Positions 47,573-62,240 of a stretch of DNA of 64,000 nt are shown here, one piece after another. The position numbers were made by a program, and so were the translations under genes. The notes under the pieces are model-generated. The model was not told the origin of the DNA, searched no databases, and was given only the letters and a program-made list of their open reading frames with translations. Position 1 is the stretch's first letter, and every line of letters begins with the position of its first letter. Source of the stretch: Euryarchaeota archaeon UBA462 (lineage in GTDB: Archaea; Thermoplasmatota; Poseidoniia; Poseidoniales; Thalassarchaeaceae); assembly GCA_002506755.1 (NCBI GenBank), contig DAYD01000001.1:8768-72767 (forward strand), written 5' to 3'.

Positions 47573-48919
47573 TTATTTCCCCAACCACCAATCCACAAGC
47601 GAATCGAAGTTCTCTGGTTTGTTCTTCAAACTAGATCCACTACCAAGTATAGAAATTCGGGAAATTGTCTGTCGCATTTCATTTTCATATTTACCTGATT
47701 TGACTATTTGGCCCATAGAAAATCGCAAATGGGTTGTCTGATTTTTAATTTGCCAACTCCGAATTGCTTTACGAAGCGGCCAAATTGCTAGGGCCAGTCT
47801 CCCGTACGCAAGGTATGGTTCCTTTAGCTGAGATTTCGGTGCTTCTCTTCCAACTAATGTCTTTCTTTGTGAGATCCAACCCAGATCTTTCAGAAAACTG
47901 ACTATTCTCTGAGTGTGCCTCATGGATACGCATCTAACTGGGCCCATTGCAGATCTTAGCTCGGATATATCGGCCGAGTTACTTAGTGACATAGTGCCAC
48001 AAACAGAAGACATGGCGTGGTTCAATATGTTCTTAGGCATAAAATCATATTTTTTTGGATTGGTCTTCTTTATTGAAGAAAGTAAGCTCTGGTGATTCAT
48101 TTGGGCTGATTTCAAGACCTTCCATGGAGAGTCGCCGGCTAGCCAATCATCCTTGCTTCTAGCAGGTTCAATTCCTAGTCCAGAAAGGGCCTTTTGACCT
48201 TTAGATTTTGCAATTATTGATTTGATTTGATGCTGATCGACAAGCTCCCCATCAACATTGATTGGATCCGGCCTCCCATGCATGAATGAACGAACTCCCT
48301 CCTTCAAGAGACTCGTAAACTGGTCAAGAGAGCCTTCGTTTTTGATCGGACCTAATATTGCCCCCATATCAAATGGAGTGGGCATTTCCACTCTTCCAGA
48401 AAGAAGGTCATGATACCCTTTCCTGATTCTGATTTGAAAGTCACTTGTTTCAAAGTACTCTTCCTTGTTGGATAATCCTCTTAAAGTCTCATTCCTTATT
48501 CTGTTTAATGCGATCTTAGGATCGCAATCCACCCAAATACAAAGATCGGGGATAATTGCCGCAGAGTTCATGTGAGCGACCTTATCTATCCCTATTCTGC
48601 CAACCATGCCCTGGTAAACAAGAGAAGAGTGGATGTTTCTCTCGCAAACTATTGCCTTACCTTCTTGCAGCCTAGGTAGAATCCACCCATGGGAATGATC
48701 TAGCCTGTCTGCTGCAAATAGCCCGGCCTCTTCTTCGGGACTCACGGATTTCTTCCTTACCGAGTCAATAGCCAGCCTCCCTAATGGGTGGCTCCTTCTT
48801 GGCTCTCCAGTAGACTCAACTGCTGGAAACGAAAACTCGGACTCAAGAATCTCAGAAATTATCTTTGTTGCTAGACCCTTGCCACTCCCGTCCCCGCCTT
48901 CTACTGTGAAAAGGAACAT
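47573..48919 (-). CDS. tmk: Thymidylate kinase with long C-terminal extension
   Basis: EGGDGSGK, EP, LFAADR, ER..SSLVYQG, PDL; more than 200 extra C-terminal residues. Confidence 0.85.
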   Translation of the reverse strand: MFLFTVEGGDGSGKGLATKIISEILESEFSFPAVESTGEPRRSHPLGRLAIDSVRKKSVSPEEEAGLFAADRLDHSHGWILPRLQEGKAIVCERNIHSSLVYQGMVGRIGIDKVAHMNSAAIIPDLCIWVDCDPKIALNRIRNETLRGLSNKEEYFETSDFQIRIRKGYHDLLSGRVEMPTPFDMGAILGPIKNEGSLDQFTSLLKEGVRSFMHGRPDPINVDGELVDQHQIKSIIAKSKGQKALSGLGIEPARSKDDWLAGDSPWKVLKSAQMNHQSLLSSIKKTNPKKYDFMPKNILNHAMSSVCGTMSLSNSADISELRSAMGPVRCVSMRHTQRIVSFLKDLGWISQRKTLVGREAPKSQLKEPYLAYGRLALAIWPLRKAIRSWQIKNQTTHLRFSMGQIVKSGKYENEMRQTISRISILGSGSSLKNKPENFDSLVDWWLGK

Positions 48920-49000
48920 AGTGCGGCCCCGAATAGTCAATGGTCTTCGTAAGATATTATATTGATACTGGTCAAATGAGACAAAATGCAACACAGTGTG

Positions 49001-49738
49001 TCAGGAATTTTCACTGGAAAATTGGTCCTTGCAAAGTGTCACTAAACCCATTCCCACCAGTATTAGGAGGGGACCAATGAAGATCATCCCTCTGCTCCAG
49101 AGACCTAGAAAACCAAGCCACCAAGATCTTCTGTAGCTATCTCCACGGTATGCCTCGACTCCACCATAAACGCCTGCTAAGCCAACAATCACAGTGAGAA
49201 CTGCGATTGCCGTGGCGATTGAAACTGATTCGGCAAGGAAGCTTTCCCCACTCAAATCGACTTGTTGTTCCCCTTCTCCTGGTGAAATGGTAATCGCTAG
49301 ATCTGCATTATCTCCCGGGACAAAGATCACCACCATTGTGATATTACCAGGGTGTGTAAATTCTAGGATCGAGGTTTTTCTAATTACGCTATCGAATGAG
49401 AATCGTCCATTAGAATCGGAAGTGGTCTCTCTTCCAGTCGTTGCACCTTCTTCTGAAAGGAGTCTAATTTTGACCCCCTCTACGGGATCGCCACCAGAGC
49501 TATTTCCTTCCAGTGAGGAAATTGTTATCCCGTTAACGTCAGAATATCTCTCTGAAAAATCGAGACTGCCGGAAAGAATTTCATCAGGAGTACCAGAAAT
49601 CTGCAAAATGCCAAATTGGACGCCCAACAGGCTACCGATAATGATTATAATTGCCCCTGCGACCCTTGTTGAGCGTTCTTCAGACATATCCTCCATGAAG
49701 TATTCGAAATCGATACTCCCCGAAGTATCCTCTTCCAT
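49001..49738 (-). CDS. Membrane protein with a carboxypeptidase-regulatory/transthyretin-like domain
   Basis: PVEGVKIRL...TTSDSNGRFSF...F.HPG pattern between TM helices. Confidence 0.6.
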   Translation of the reverse strand: MEEDTSGSIDFEYFMEDMSEERSTRVAGAIIIIIGSLLGVQFGILQISGTPDEILSGSLDFSERYSDVNGITISSLEGNSSGGDPVEGVKIRLLSEEGATTGRETTSDSNGRFSFDSVIRKTSILEFTHPGNITMVVIFVPGDNADLAITISPGEGEQQVDLSGESFLAESVSIATAIAVLTVIVGLAGVYGGVEAYRGDSYRRSWWLGFLGLWSRGMIFIGPLLILVGMGLVTLCKDQFSSENS

Positions 49739-49746
49739 ATTGTGTC

Positions 49747-50676
49747 CTATTGATGGTGGTCCTTGAAGTTGGGCTTTTTTAGTCCTAGATTTGTCCTAAA
49801 TTTTAGATAAAGGATGATGATGCATGTAAAGATAGAAAATAAAGCTAAGAATATTCCATTTGTGGACTCGGGGTCATTTTTCTCAATGCTTGCTTCTGGA
49901 ATGAAATCTACTAGGTACATCTCAGTCCAATTCTTACCAGTTATCCAGAATCCTCCTGAGGATTTGTCAAATGCAATTCCATTCAAGACTTCGTTTCTGT
50001 TGTTGCCTTGGTCTTGAGAAATTAACGATAATGTGGCGGAAAAAACTACTTCCCCCGAGCTAGAGTTGATTGCCACTATATTGTCCTGCATCCATACATT
50101 GGCATAAACCATATCGCCAACACACTCAAGCTCATTCAGATTTACAATTTCCACACCATCCAAAACTACACGAATAGTGTAATCTACTTCAAAGGAGTAT
50201 GGATCTCTGAAAATTAAATCTGAGGACCCATTTGTCATAACGAGATGGTTTCCGTTGAAGCATAATCCCCAACCTTCGCCCTGATAACTATAATTTCCAA
50301 TTACCTGGAAATCATTCAAATCTACCTCAAATGCGATCTGCTCCCTCCAAGTTAGCATAATTACTGAACCCTCTCTAACTGTGATACCCTCTGAAAATAT
50401 GGATTCGTTGAATATAATTTGCCTAATGACCTCCCCAGTCACGATATCGGTCTCACTAAGCCTTGATTTGCCATAGAGTCCAGAGCTTTCTAGCATATTT
50501 CCATCAAACATTTCAAGACCCTGAGTAAACGATGTCTCATTATGTGGCGCTACTTCTAGCACATCTATGGTGAAATTGCGACCTTCGCTCGATGTCTCTG
50601 CATAAATTTGCGAATGAGGGAGAAATATTAGAATCAGGGAAATGAGGGAAAGATAAGCAAGTTTGTTCCCCCTCAT
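49747..50676 (-). CDS. Glutaminyl-peptide cyclotransferase (plant/bacterial beta-propeller type), membrane-anchored
   Basis: PH...FTQGL, ESSGLYG, FSEG, LTW, EGWGL, NELE, YANVW, VLNGIA, TGKNW; signal peptide and C-terminal TM. Confidence 0.9.
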   Translation of the reverse strand: MRGNKLAYLSLISLILIFLPHSQIYAETSSEGRNFTIDVLEVAPHNETSFTQGLEMFDGNMLESSGLYGKSRLSETDIVTGEVIRQIIFNESIFSEGITVREGSVIMLTWREQIAFEVDLNDFQVIGNYSYQGEGWGLCFNGNHLVMTNGSSDLIFRDPYSFEVDYTIRVVLDGVEIVNLNELECVGDMVYANVWMQDNIVAINSSSGEVVFSATLSLISQDQGNNRNEVLNGIAFDKSSGGFWITGKNWTEMYLVDFIPEASIEKNDPESTNGIFLALFSIFTCIIILYLKFRTNLGLKKPNFKDHHQ

Positions 50677-50750
50677 GTACGAACGATGCTCCATCGGTGT
50701 TAAAATACGTCTGCGAATAAGTTCAAAATAATGGTCAAAGAGGTTGTTTA

Positions 50751-53700
50751 ATGGCCGAAGAGGAAACATCGACTTCAGCAAGATGGGCATATCTATGTTC
50801 CTTCTTGATTCTGTGGGTTTTGCTCTCTCCATTTGTGTCATCTGAATCTGAATCAGGCCAACAAATTCTGCCAAAGAATTGTCAGGATTCCTGGGTCGCT
50901 GGAGATTCAGACAATATTTCCACTAGCGAAGGAACGATAACTGCGACAGTGGAAAGGGTGTCATCTAACTCTGCGATTTTTGTGGAAGACGGCCAAATAG
51001 TTTCTTCAACCACGATAAATGATATTGCTTCGACCTGGGAATCAATCATTTTTCCTACAAATACGAACTACTTCGGAGAGGTGCCTGATGTTGATTTGAA
51101 TTGTCAAGTTGAAATCGTAATTCATTCTATAGATGGATCAGGCGGTGACAATGGAGGATTCGAGGAAGGTCTATCATCTCTGAGAGAAGTGATTTTTCTT
51201 GATGTTGATGATTTGGCTGCAAGGAACCAGATACTATCTCATGAGCTAGAGCATCTGATACATTTTTCAAAAGACCAATTTGAATATCTCTGGATCGACG
51301 AGGGAGCGGCTGAGATGGCTGAATTCGTCAACTTTGGCTCAAATATTAATCTTGAAAACAACGTTAATTCTTGGTCGGATAATTCAAGCAAAAGCCTTAG
51401 GTGGTGGAATGACAGATCCTCCGATTACGGATCTAGCTTTCTTTTCCTTTCCTACTTGAATGAAAAGTTAGGTGGCGCCCCATCTATCAGGGAGCTTGTG
51501 TCGGATATCACGACTGGTGGTAGCGGTATCGAAAACCTAGCAAAGAGTCCGGGCCCTGGGTCGACCCCCATCGGAGAGACAATGAGCGAGATTTTCGCAA
51601 ACTTCAGCGCAGCGGTCACTCTGGACAGTCAGCAAGGGGCATTCGGATTCGAAAATATTGACCTAGAGGAAGAATGCTCCTCTGGAGGGTTTTGTAGAGT
51701 TTCCCCCGCGGATGAGAATTCCCGGTGGGAAGATGCATGGCAATCATCTGGGCACACAGTAGAAGGATGGGGGCTAAGGACATTCAAATTCACTGGAGGG
51801 AATGGGGATCCACTAAGCATGTTGGTCCAACCCGATAGATTTGGATTTGAAGGAGCCATTCTCGCTAAAGAGGCTCAATCCGGTACTTGGACAATTAAGG
51901 ATCTAAGGATAGACCCAGTTGATGGTAAGGCTACTGGTTTGGTTCATGGATTCGGAAATACAACCTCGGAAGTCTGGCTTATGGTGTGGTACAATTCTCT
52001 TGTCGACGATTGCGACTTTAACTTCGCAAATTGTGGCGTACTATCTGGCTCATACCCAACTGGCTCTTTCAGCGTCAGTGCCAGCCTAGTCAGCAGTCCT
52101 GCGGAACTATCGATAGACTACTCCCAAAATTTCGACAGAGACGGGGATTCTTTGCCAGATAGTGTCGAACTAGGGGTCACTGTAAGCTCTAGCGCCTATT
52201 TTGAAACTCTTACTTTGGAGTTTTCGGCCTTCACGAATAACACTGATTTTGATTCTATTGAATTTACCGTTTCGGCTGGAAATTCGGACCCGGGAATCTC
52301 AGTAGTTTGGTTCACGCCTCAGTTTTCAGGCCAATGGGGTTTCAGAGTAAGAGCACTTGACCAGACAGGGCACTTACAGGATTTGGCTCAGACGCTGCCA
52401 TCAGAGATATTCAACATGAAACCTACTGGTTCTGGTTCTATTTCAGCGATCGAGACGCAGACTTGGGTGCCAAACTACCTATTTGGAGGAGGTTATGACT
52501 CATGGGGGTTCGGGGCCCAGAATGGATCCTACGGGCATAATGATACCCCTAACTCGTATATCTGGGACCTTGGTGATGGAAATTCATCAAGTCTAAAGAA
52601 TCCGGTTCATCCTTTCACAAAAAAGGGAAACTATCTCATCAGCTTGATTGTTAAGGACCAGGGCGGGTTTTACTCGGAGCCAATTACTTGGAACATTTCA
52701 GTTAACGACACGACACCTCCGATTCCTGAAATATCGATAGACGGCGTCATTATAGATGGTAGCTTGGAAGTATATACGGGTCAAAGAATTCAGTTCTCAG
52801 CCTTCGGAACCCTTGACAATGTCCCTGTGGGACAGATGTTTTTCTCCTGGGATTGGGGAGATGGCTCATCAGAATCTGGCACAGGATTGTTTGAAGTGGG
52901 CCATTCTTGGGCTGATGGAAGCTCTGAGGGAACGATATACCCTACAAGATTGACGGTTAGCGATGGGACCTACACCGAGGAATTGTCATTGAAGGTGAAA
53001 GTTCTGAATAGAGCACCAAGACAGATTTACTTCGATGGTTTACAAGCCTATGCTATCACTCCGCTGAGGCTTCCAGAGATTTTCCTTGACGATGATGGCA
53101 TAATTGTGGAGCATAGGTGGACCTTTGATGAGGGAGTAAACATAGGTGGTGGCGTGATTTCAATTTCATCCGATTTCTCGGAAACAGAGTCATTTATCGA
53201 TAGGCCTGTAGTCTCTTGGAGGGAGCCTGGATTAAAGATTGCAACCATTGAGGTTACGGATGATGACGGGAATACTACGTTATCAGAGTTGGAAATATTG
53301 GTATTGAACCAGCGTCCAGTGGCTCTTTTTGAGCGCCCTGATGACGGCGAAATCGGCGAGCCGTATATTTTCACCAGCTCATCATTTGATCCAGATGGAG
53401 ATTCCTCGTCACTGTCTCACATCTGGACTTTCTCGGACAGAACGGATCCCATCGAGAACACAACTTCAGTTAGTAGGACATTCTCTTCGCCCGGCCTTTA
53501 CAGCGTTAGTTTGACAGTAGTCGATGATAGAGGGCTAGAATCGGCACCAAAGACTTACCTTTTGTCAATAGCAAATCCGTCTCCAGTGCCAGTGATGAAG
53601 TTTAGTTGCCCCAGTGACGGGTATTCGATACTGAAAGTCATCCCCTCTCCCGACCGGACCCCCATTTGGAAAGTTCCACAAATATCCACTGGTGGCGCCT

Positions 53701-54692
53701 TCGTAGCACCTGGCGATATGATAAGATTTGATGGAACTGGGAGTTTTGACGCTGATCCTGAATTCGATGGGAAGGCCTCCACCGAGATGGGGGACCCAGA
53801 TTGGAACGGCATCACAAGATGGATTTGGGATTTTGGAGACGCTACCCCCTCCAAAAGCGGGCCTGTAGCATGGCACAGCTACGAAAGAGCGGGGGAATAT
53901 ACCGTAAGACTAACAGTTATTGATGGATTTGGCGATGGAGACTCAAATATGACGGAAATGAGGGTCATAGTTTCCGAAGCACCTCAAATAATTACCAAAA
54001 ATCCAATTCAAACTGAATATGTTATCGTAGGAGAATTGGTCAATCTATCCGGAGAAGCTACGGATTCTGAAATCGAGAAGGGCATAGAAGCTTGGATAGA
54101 CAATGATGCTTTTTTCGACAGTGATGGAGATGGCTTGACCGATAATGACCGAGATGAGCTTCTGACTGGTCCACTTGTTTTCAACTGGGATCTCAATGTT
54201 TTCTCTGACGAGGACTGTAAGACTTTGCAAGGTTGTGACGGAGATTCGAGAAATGATTGGCTGGTACCAAATCAAAGTTGGATAAGCCCTGGAGAAATTC
54301 GAATATCAATGACAGTGTGCGATGGGGTGAATGTGTGCTCCTCAGAGGATTACGTGATAACGGTATTATCGCTTCAGGACACAACTCCACCAAAATCACT
54401 TTCTGATCTTTCAATGGAAGACCTAATTCCGGGAAGAGAAAGCGCTGGGCTACTGAGCCTTTTGGGAATCGTTGCTATTCTTGGGTGGATGATCATGAGG
54501 GAAAGGGACGAAGATGAGCTGGATGCAATCGATATGCAGAAGAAATACGATGTCGATGAGATTGAAGCAGAAGGCGGGCTTCCTGGAATGGACCAGCATT
54601 CCCCTCCACCACAACCAAAATATTTGACTGCCGATCAAAGGACTAACAAAGATTCGGGCTATGTAAGACCCATAAGAACGAGGCGAAAATAA
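50751..54692 (+). CDS. Large cell-surface protein: zincin (HExxH) domain, multiple PKD domains and C-terminal TM
   Basis: SHELEHLIH...WIDEG zincin motif; WDLGDG, WDWGDG, WTFDEG, WTFSD, WDFGD PKD repeats; DxDGDG Ca-binding-like motifs. Confidence 0.82.
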   Translation: MAEEETSTSARWAYLCSFLILWVLLSPFVSSESESGQQILPKNCQDSWVAGDSDNISTSEGTITATVERVSSNSAIFVEDGQIVSSTTINDIASTWESIIFPTNTNYFGEVPDVDLNCQVEIVIHSIDGSGGDNGGFEEGLSSLREVIFLDVDDLAARNQILSHELEHLIHFSKDQFEYLWIDEGAAEMAEFVNFGSNINLENNVNSWSDNSSKSLRWWNDRSSDYGSSFLFLSYLNEKLGGAPSIRELVSDITTGGSGIENLAKSPGPGSTPIGETMSEIFANFSAAVTLDSQQGAFGFENIDLEEECSSGGFCRVSPADENSRWEDAWQSSGHTVEGWGLRTFKFTGGNGDPLSMLVQPDRFGFEGAILAKEAQSGTWTIKDLRIDPVDGKATGLVHGFGNTTSEVWLMVWYNSLVDDCDFNFANCGVLSGSYPTGSFSVSASLVSSPAELSIDYSQNFDRDGDSLPDSVELGVTVSSSAYFETLTLEFSAFTNNTDFDSIEFTVSAGNSDPGISVVWFTPQFSGQWGFRVRALDQTGHLQDLAQTLPSEIFNMKPTGSGSISAIETQTWVPNYLFGGGYDSWGFGAQNGSYGHNDTPNSYIWDLGDGNSSSLKNPVHPFTKKGNYLISLIVKDQGGFYSEPITWNISVNDTTPPIPEISIDGVIIDGSLEVYTGQRIQFSAFGTLDNVPVGQMFFSWDWGDGSSESGTGLFEVGHSWADGSSEGTIYPTRLTVSDGTYTEELSLKVKVLNRAPRQIYFDGLQAYAITPLRLPEIFLDDDGIIVEHRWTFDEGVNIGGGVISISSDFSETESFIDRPVVSWREPGLKIATIEVTDDDGNTTLSELEILVLNQRPVALFERPDDGEIGEPYIFTSSSFDPDGDSSSLSHIWTFSDRTDPIENTTSVSRTFSSPGLYSVSLTVVDDRGLESAPKTYLLSIANPSPVPVMKFSCPSDGYSILKVIPSPDRTPIWKVPQISTGGAFVAPGDMIRFDGTGSFDADPEFDGKASTEMGDPDWNGITRWIWDFGDATPSKSGPVAWHSYERAGEYTVRLTVIDGFGDGDSNMTEMRVIVSEAPQIITKNPIQTEYVIVGELVNLSGEATDSEIEKGIEAWIDNDAFFDSDGDGLTDNDRDELLTGPLVFNWDLNVFSDEDCKTLQGCDGDSRNDWLVPNQSWISPGEIRISMTVCDGVNVCSSEDYVITVLSLQDTTPPKSLSDLSMEDLIPGRESAGLLSLLGIVAILGWMIMRERDEDELDAIDMQKKYDVDEIEAEGGLPGMDQHSPPPQPKYLTADQRTNKDSGYVRPIRTRRK

Positions 54693-55627
54693 TGGATTGC
54701 AGATTGAATTTCTTCGGAGTTGCTTTTTTCGGCAATGTACTATTGGTTGCAATTCTTTCTACTGCGCAGATAGGTTCTGATCCAGCTAGTTCCCAGTCCA
54801 GCCTCCTAGGAAGTTCCTGTGATGTCTCGCCAAGTAGCGACTGGGGGGTTGACGAAAATCCTGAGGATTACATAGCAGTTGGCTCTCCTGGAGCGGGAGG
54901 ATTTTTCGATTTCTTGTCTGAAGATTTTGATGATGAGGGAATTATTCTGCCATTGGACAAGGACCTGAGTACTGAGTGGTCGAATGGAGCCTGGTCAGGA
55001 TTCGGTGGAATACAGGTAGACAATAATTCTGCAACCTCGATAATGATGGTTTTAGAACCCGGTAAGAAATACACCTTCTGCATAGACTTTAGTTCAAGGG
55101 GTGACATTTACTTGTTATCTGGTTCTGGTAATCCGTCAAATTACGACATTTACACAACAGAATACATGTGTGATGATCAAGATTGGGGGCCGATATGCAA
55201 TCCGGAGGAGATGGAGAGCATTCCCCTAGAGTGGAGAGATCTGGCAACTTGGATTACCTTCAGGGACTCGCACGCATATGAGTCGGTTTCTTATCAGGAA
55301 TTCGATGTTGCTATCGATGCGTCGGGGTCTAGTTGGTCTTTTGCAGGGTTTGGAGGTAGTAGTGAACAGGTATTCTACTTAGTTCTGGATGGGTGGAACA
55401 ACAGTAAGCCCGGTGATGAGCTTCCCGCTGGAGATATGAGCGTCGAAGTTCTAATCGACGTTGAGGAAAGGCAAACTCTTCCAAAGGTAACTGCTTACAT
55501 GCTAGTTGGTGCACTTCCACTTTCTTGCATTATCATCCCATTAATTTTGCATTGGAAATACCATTCTTCAGCATTGGAAGATCAGTCAGGGGAAATGATT
55601 GAGGTACCTTATTTGAAAGACGGTTGA
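54692..55627 (+). CDS. Hypothetical exported protein with C-terminal TM anchor
   Basis: Hydrophobic N-terminus, acidic ectodomain, C-terminal TM; TAATG overlap with the upstream gene. Confidence 0.65.
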   Translation: MDCRLNFFGVAFFGNVLLVAILSTAQIGSDPASSQSSLLGSSCDVSPSSDWGVDENPEDYIAVGSPGAGGFFDFLSEDFDDEGIILPLDKDLSTEWSNGAWSGFGGIQVDNNSATSIMMVLEPGKKYTFCIDFSSRGDIYLLSGSGNPSNYDIYTTEYMCDDQDWGPICNPEEMESIPLEWRDLATWITFRDSHAYESVSYQEFDVAIDASGSSWSFAGFGGSSEQVFYLVLDGWNNSKPGDELPAGDMSVEVLIDVEERQTLPKVTAYMLVGALPLSCIIIPLILHWKYHSSALEDQSGEMIEVPYLKDG

Positions 55628-56419
55628 TTACGTATATTCCAGTACTTCCCATGCTAATCTCAGGTCAGAGGCATTAATTTTGCCCTGTTGTGCTAAATGC
55701 CAACCAGACTCTGTAGTCGCATATACCATGTACTGTCCGAGTAATGGTCCATGGATTCTTGTCCAATCACCACCAGGGCCTAGGCCCATTAGTGAATAGT
55801 TGGAGGAAGTCTTACCAAGCTCCAAAGCTGCTTCAAAAATTCTGAGTGCTTCGGTCCTGTTGCTAGTTGAGTAGCAGGCTTTCACGAAATCGCCCATTTC
55901 CTTCGCATCCTGCAAATCCTGGACTATTTCAGACGATGGGGGTATCATATCCATCGAGTGCAAAGAAGCCACTACTTTCGTGTCATTGCCAGACAGGTCT
56001 CGAAGTTGTTCTCTTATTTTTGAATTGATGTCAATCTCCAAATCGATCCAAGTGGGAGCTAGTGAAATTGCCGCCTTGAGTATCTCGATTCTTGCTTCTT
56101 CATCCCCCGGGAAGAATCCGCCGTGAGACTGGGGCCTACATGTAAGCAGTAGAGGTGTTTCAATACTTGATGAAATAATTTCAAGCTCCTTATTAAAATC
56201 GACCTCTTCCAAATCCAGATTATTTACAATCACTTTTACTTCGTCTGCATTCCTCTCTTCTGAGTTGGACCTTTCCATTATTCTCTCTTCATTTGTCCAA
56301 AGGAAATCCAATCTGACTTCGACCAGATCAGCACCCATTTCTAATGCTCTGGGGGCATCATTGACCATTTCACGGGCTGTCCTACCCCTCAGTGTCACAC
56401 ATACTTGGGGCTTATGCAT
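55628..56419 (-). CDS. aroD: 3-dehydroquinate dehydratase type I
   Basis: VEVRLD, LLTCR...GG, IDLE, ASLH, FVK Schiff-base Lys, MG..G..TR. Confidence 0.88.
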   Translation of the reverse strand: MHKPQVCVTLRGRTAREMVNDAPRALEMGADLVEVRLDFLWTNEERIMERSNSEERNADEVKVIVNNLDLEEVDFNKELEIISSSIETPLLLTCRPQSHGGFFPGDEEARIEILKAAISLAPTWIDLEIDINSKIREQLRDLSGNDTKVVASLHSMDMIPPSSEIVQDLQDAKEMGDFVKACYSTSNRTEALRIFEAALELGKTSSNYSLMGLGPGGDWTRIHGPLLGQYMVYATTESGWHLAQQGKINASDLRLAWEVLEYT

Positions 56420-56528
56420 CTGAAATCGCGAGAGATATAGTCTGTTTAATCGTGTCGAGGGAGATCTATTCTTGGATACATCCAATTTCCCTAATTTATC
56501 CATATTCGAGGAAATTTAGCCATTCTGA

Positions 56529-61182
<4,654 letters not shown>

Positions 61183-61230
61183 TATGCAGACCGTTCTGCT
61201 TAAGCACGAATCTCTGGTCGTATAACTACT

Positions 61231-61317
61231 GCGGCAGTCGCATAGCCTGGCCATTGCGCTGGATTGCTAATCCAGTGGTGTTTCACCTCGGGAGTTCGAA
61301 TCTCCCCTGCCGCGCCA
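61231..61317 (+). tRNA. tRNA-Ser(GCT)
   Basis: GCGGCAG acceptor, CTGGA-TT-GCT-AA-TCCAG anticodon arm, long variable arm, GTTCGAATC, CTGCCGC-G-CCA. Confidence 0.97.
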
Positions 61318-61350
61318 AAAATTCATCCGTAAAATTCCACTTGGGCAGTC

Positions 61351-62205
61351 ATGGAGCGGGCCGAGGGTGTGCTTATCGTATCACTTTCGACGTTGGCAAT
61401 TGTCTCTTTAATTATCCTTTTTTGGATAATAATGCGACACATCAGCCTTAGGCCATCGAATGAGCGATCTTGGGTAAATGATAACAAAAAAATGGCCACT
61501 GCGGAGATTGAGGGAAACAAAGTAACCATCCGAAACATACGAGACTTCGAATGGAGAAGCACCAGAGACTATGATGAAAGATGGATAGATATGGATATCA
61601 GCCTTGACAAAGTATCGAAAATATGGTTCGTTCTCGAATACTTCGATCCATCTCGTAGGCAGATGGCCCATACCATTCTCAGTTTCGAGATGGAGGACGG
61701 GAGAAGATTGGCTTGTTCGATAGAGGTGCGCAGAGAAGAAGGAGAGAGATACCACCCAATCAAAGGGATGTTCAGACAATACGAGCTGATTTATGTCTGG
61801 GCCACTGAAAGGGACGTGATAGGGGTCAGAACAAGATGTAGGAAAAAATCCGTAACCCACCTCTTCGAAGCAGTGGTACTTGGGCCGGGAAATGAGGGTA
61901 GGATGCTAGAATCTTACCTTAGGAGAACCAATAAGCTCAGTATGGAGCCCGAGTGGTACAACACGATAACAAATACATGTACAAGCAACATAGTAAAACA
62001 TGTCAATGAGGTCTATCCTGGTAGGGTCCCCAAAGCTCTCTCAATATTGCTTCCGGGACTAAGTCCACGTCTTCTCCAGAGGAGAAATCTGGTCAAGATG
62101 TCAGGATCTATTGAGGAGACCCTGCAAAGGAGCATTATCGACGAAAAGGCAGAGAATTGGGATAAAATGTCGGACTTTGGCGATTGGATAAGATCTGACT
62201 TGTGA
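61351..62205 (+). CDS. DUF4105 / Lnb N-terminal-like domain protein
   Basis: N-terminal TM, IRNIRDF, AHTILSF, SIEVRRE, YELIYV..TERD, YNTITNTCTSN. Confidence 0.8.
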   Translation: MERAEGVLIVSLSTLAIVSLIILFWIIMRHISLRPSNERSWVNDNKKMATAEIEGNKVTIRNIRDFEWRSTRDYDERWIDMDISLDKVSKIWFVLEYFDPSRRQMAHTILSFEMEDGRRLACSIEVRREEGERYHPIKGMFRQYELIYVWATERDVIGVRTRCRKKSVTHLFEAVVLGPGNEGRMLESYLRRTNKLSMEPEWYNTITNTCTSNIVKHVNEVYPGRVPKALSILLPGLSPRLLQRRNLVKMSGSIEETLQRSIIDEKAENWDKMSDFGDWIRSDL

Positions 62206-62240
62206 CACAGGGTTAACACTCCGGTCCTCGTGGCAGGAGT

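Noticed and set aside
61254-61451. 65-aa ORF after gyrA
   Set aside because: Lies over tRNA-Ser and the DUF4105 start
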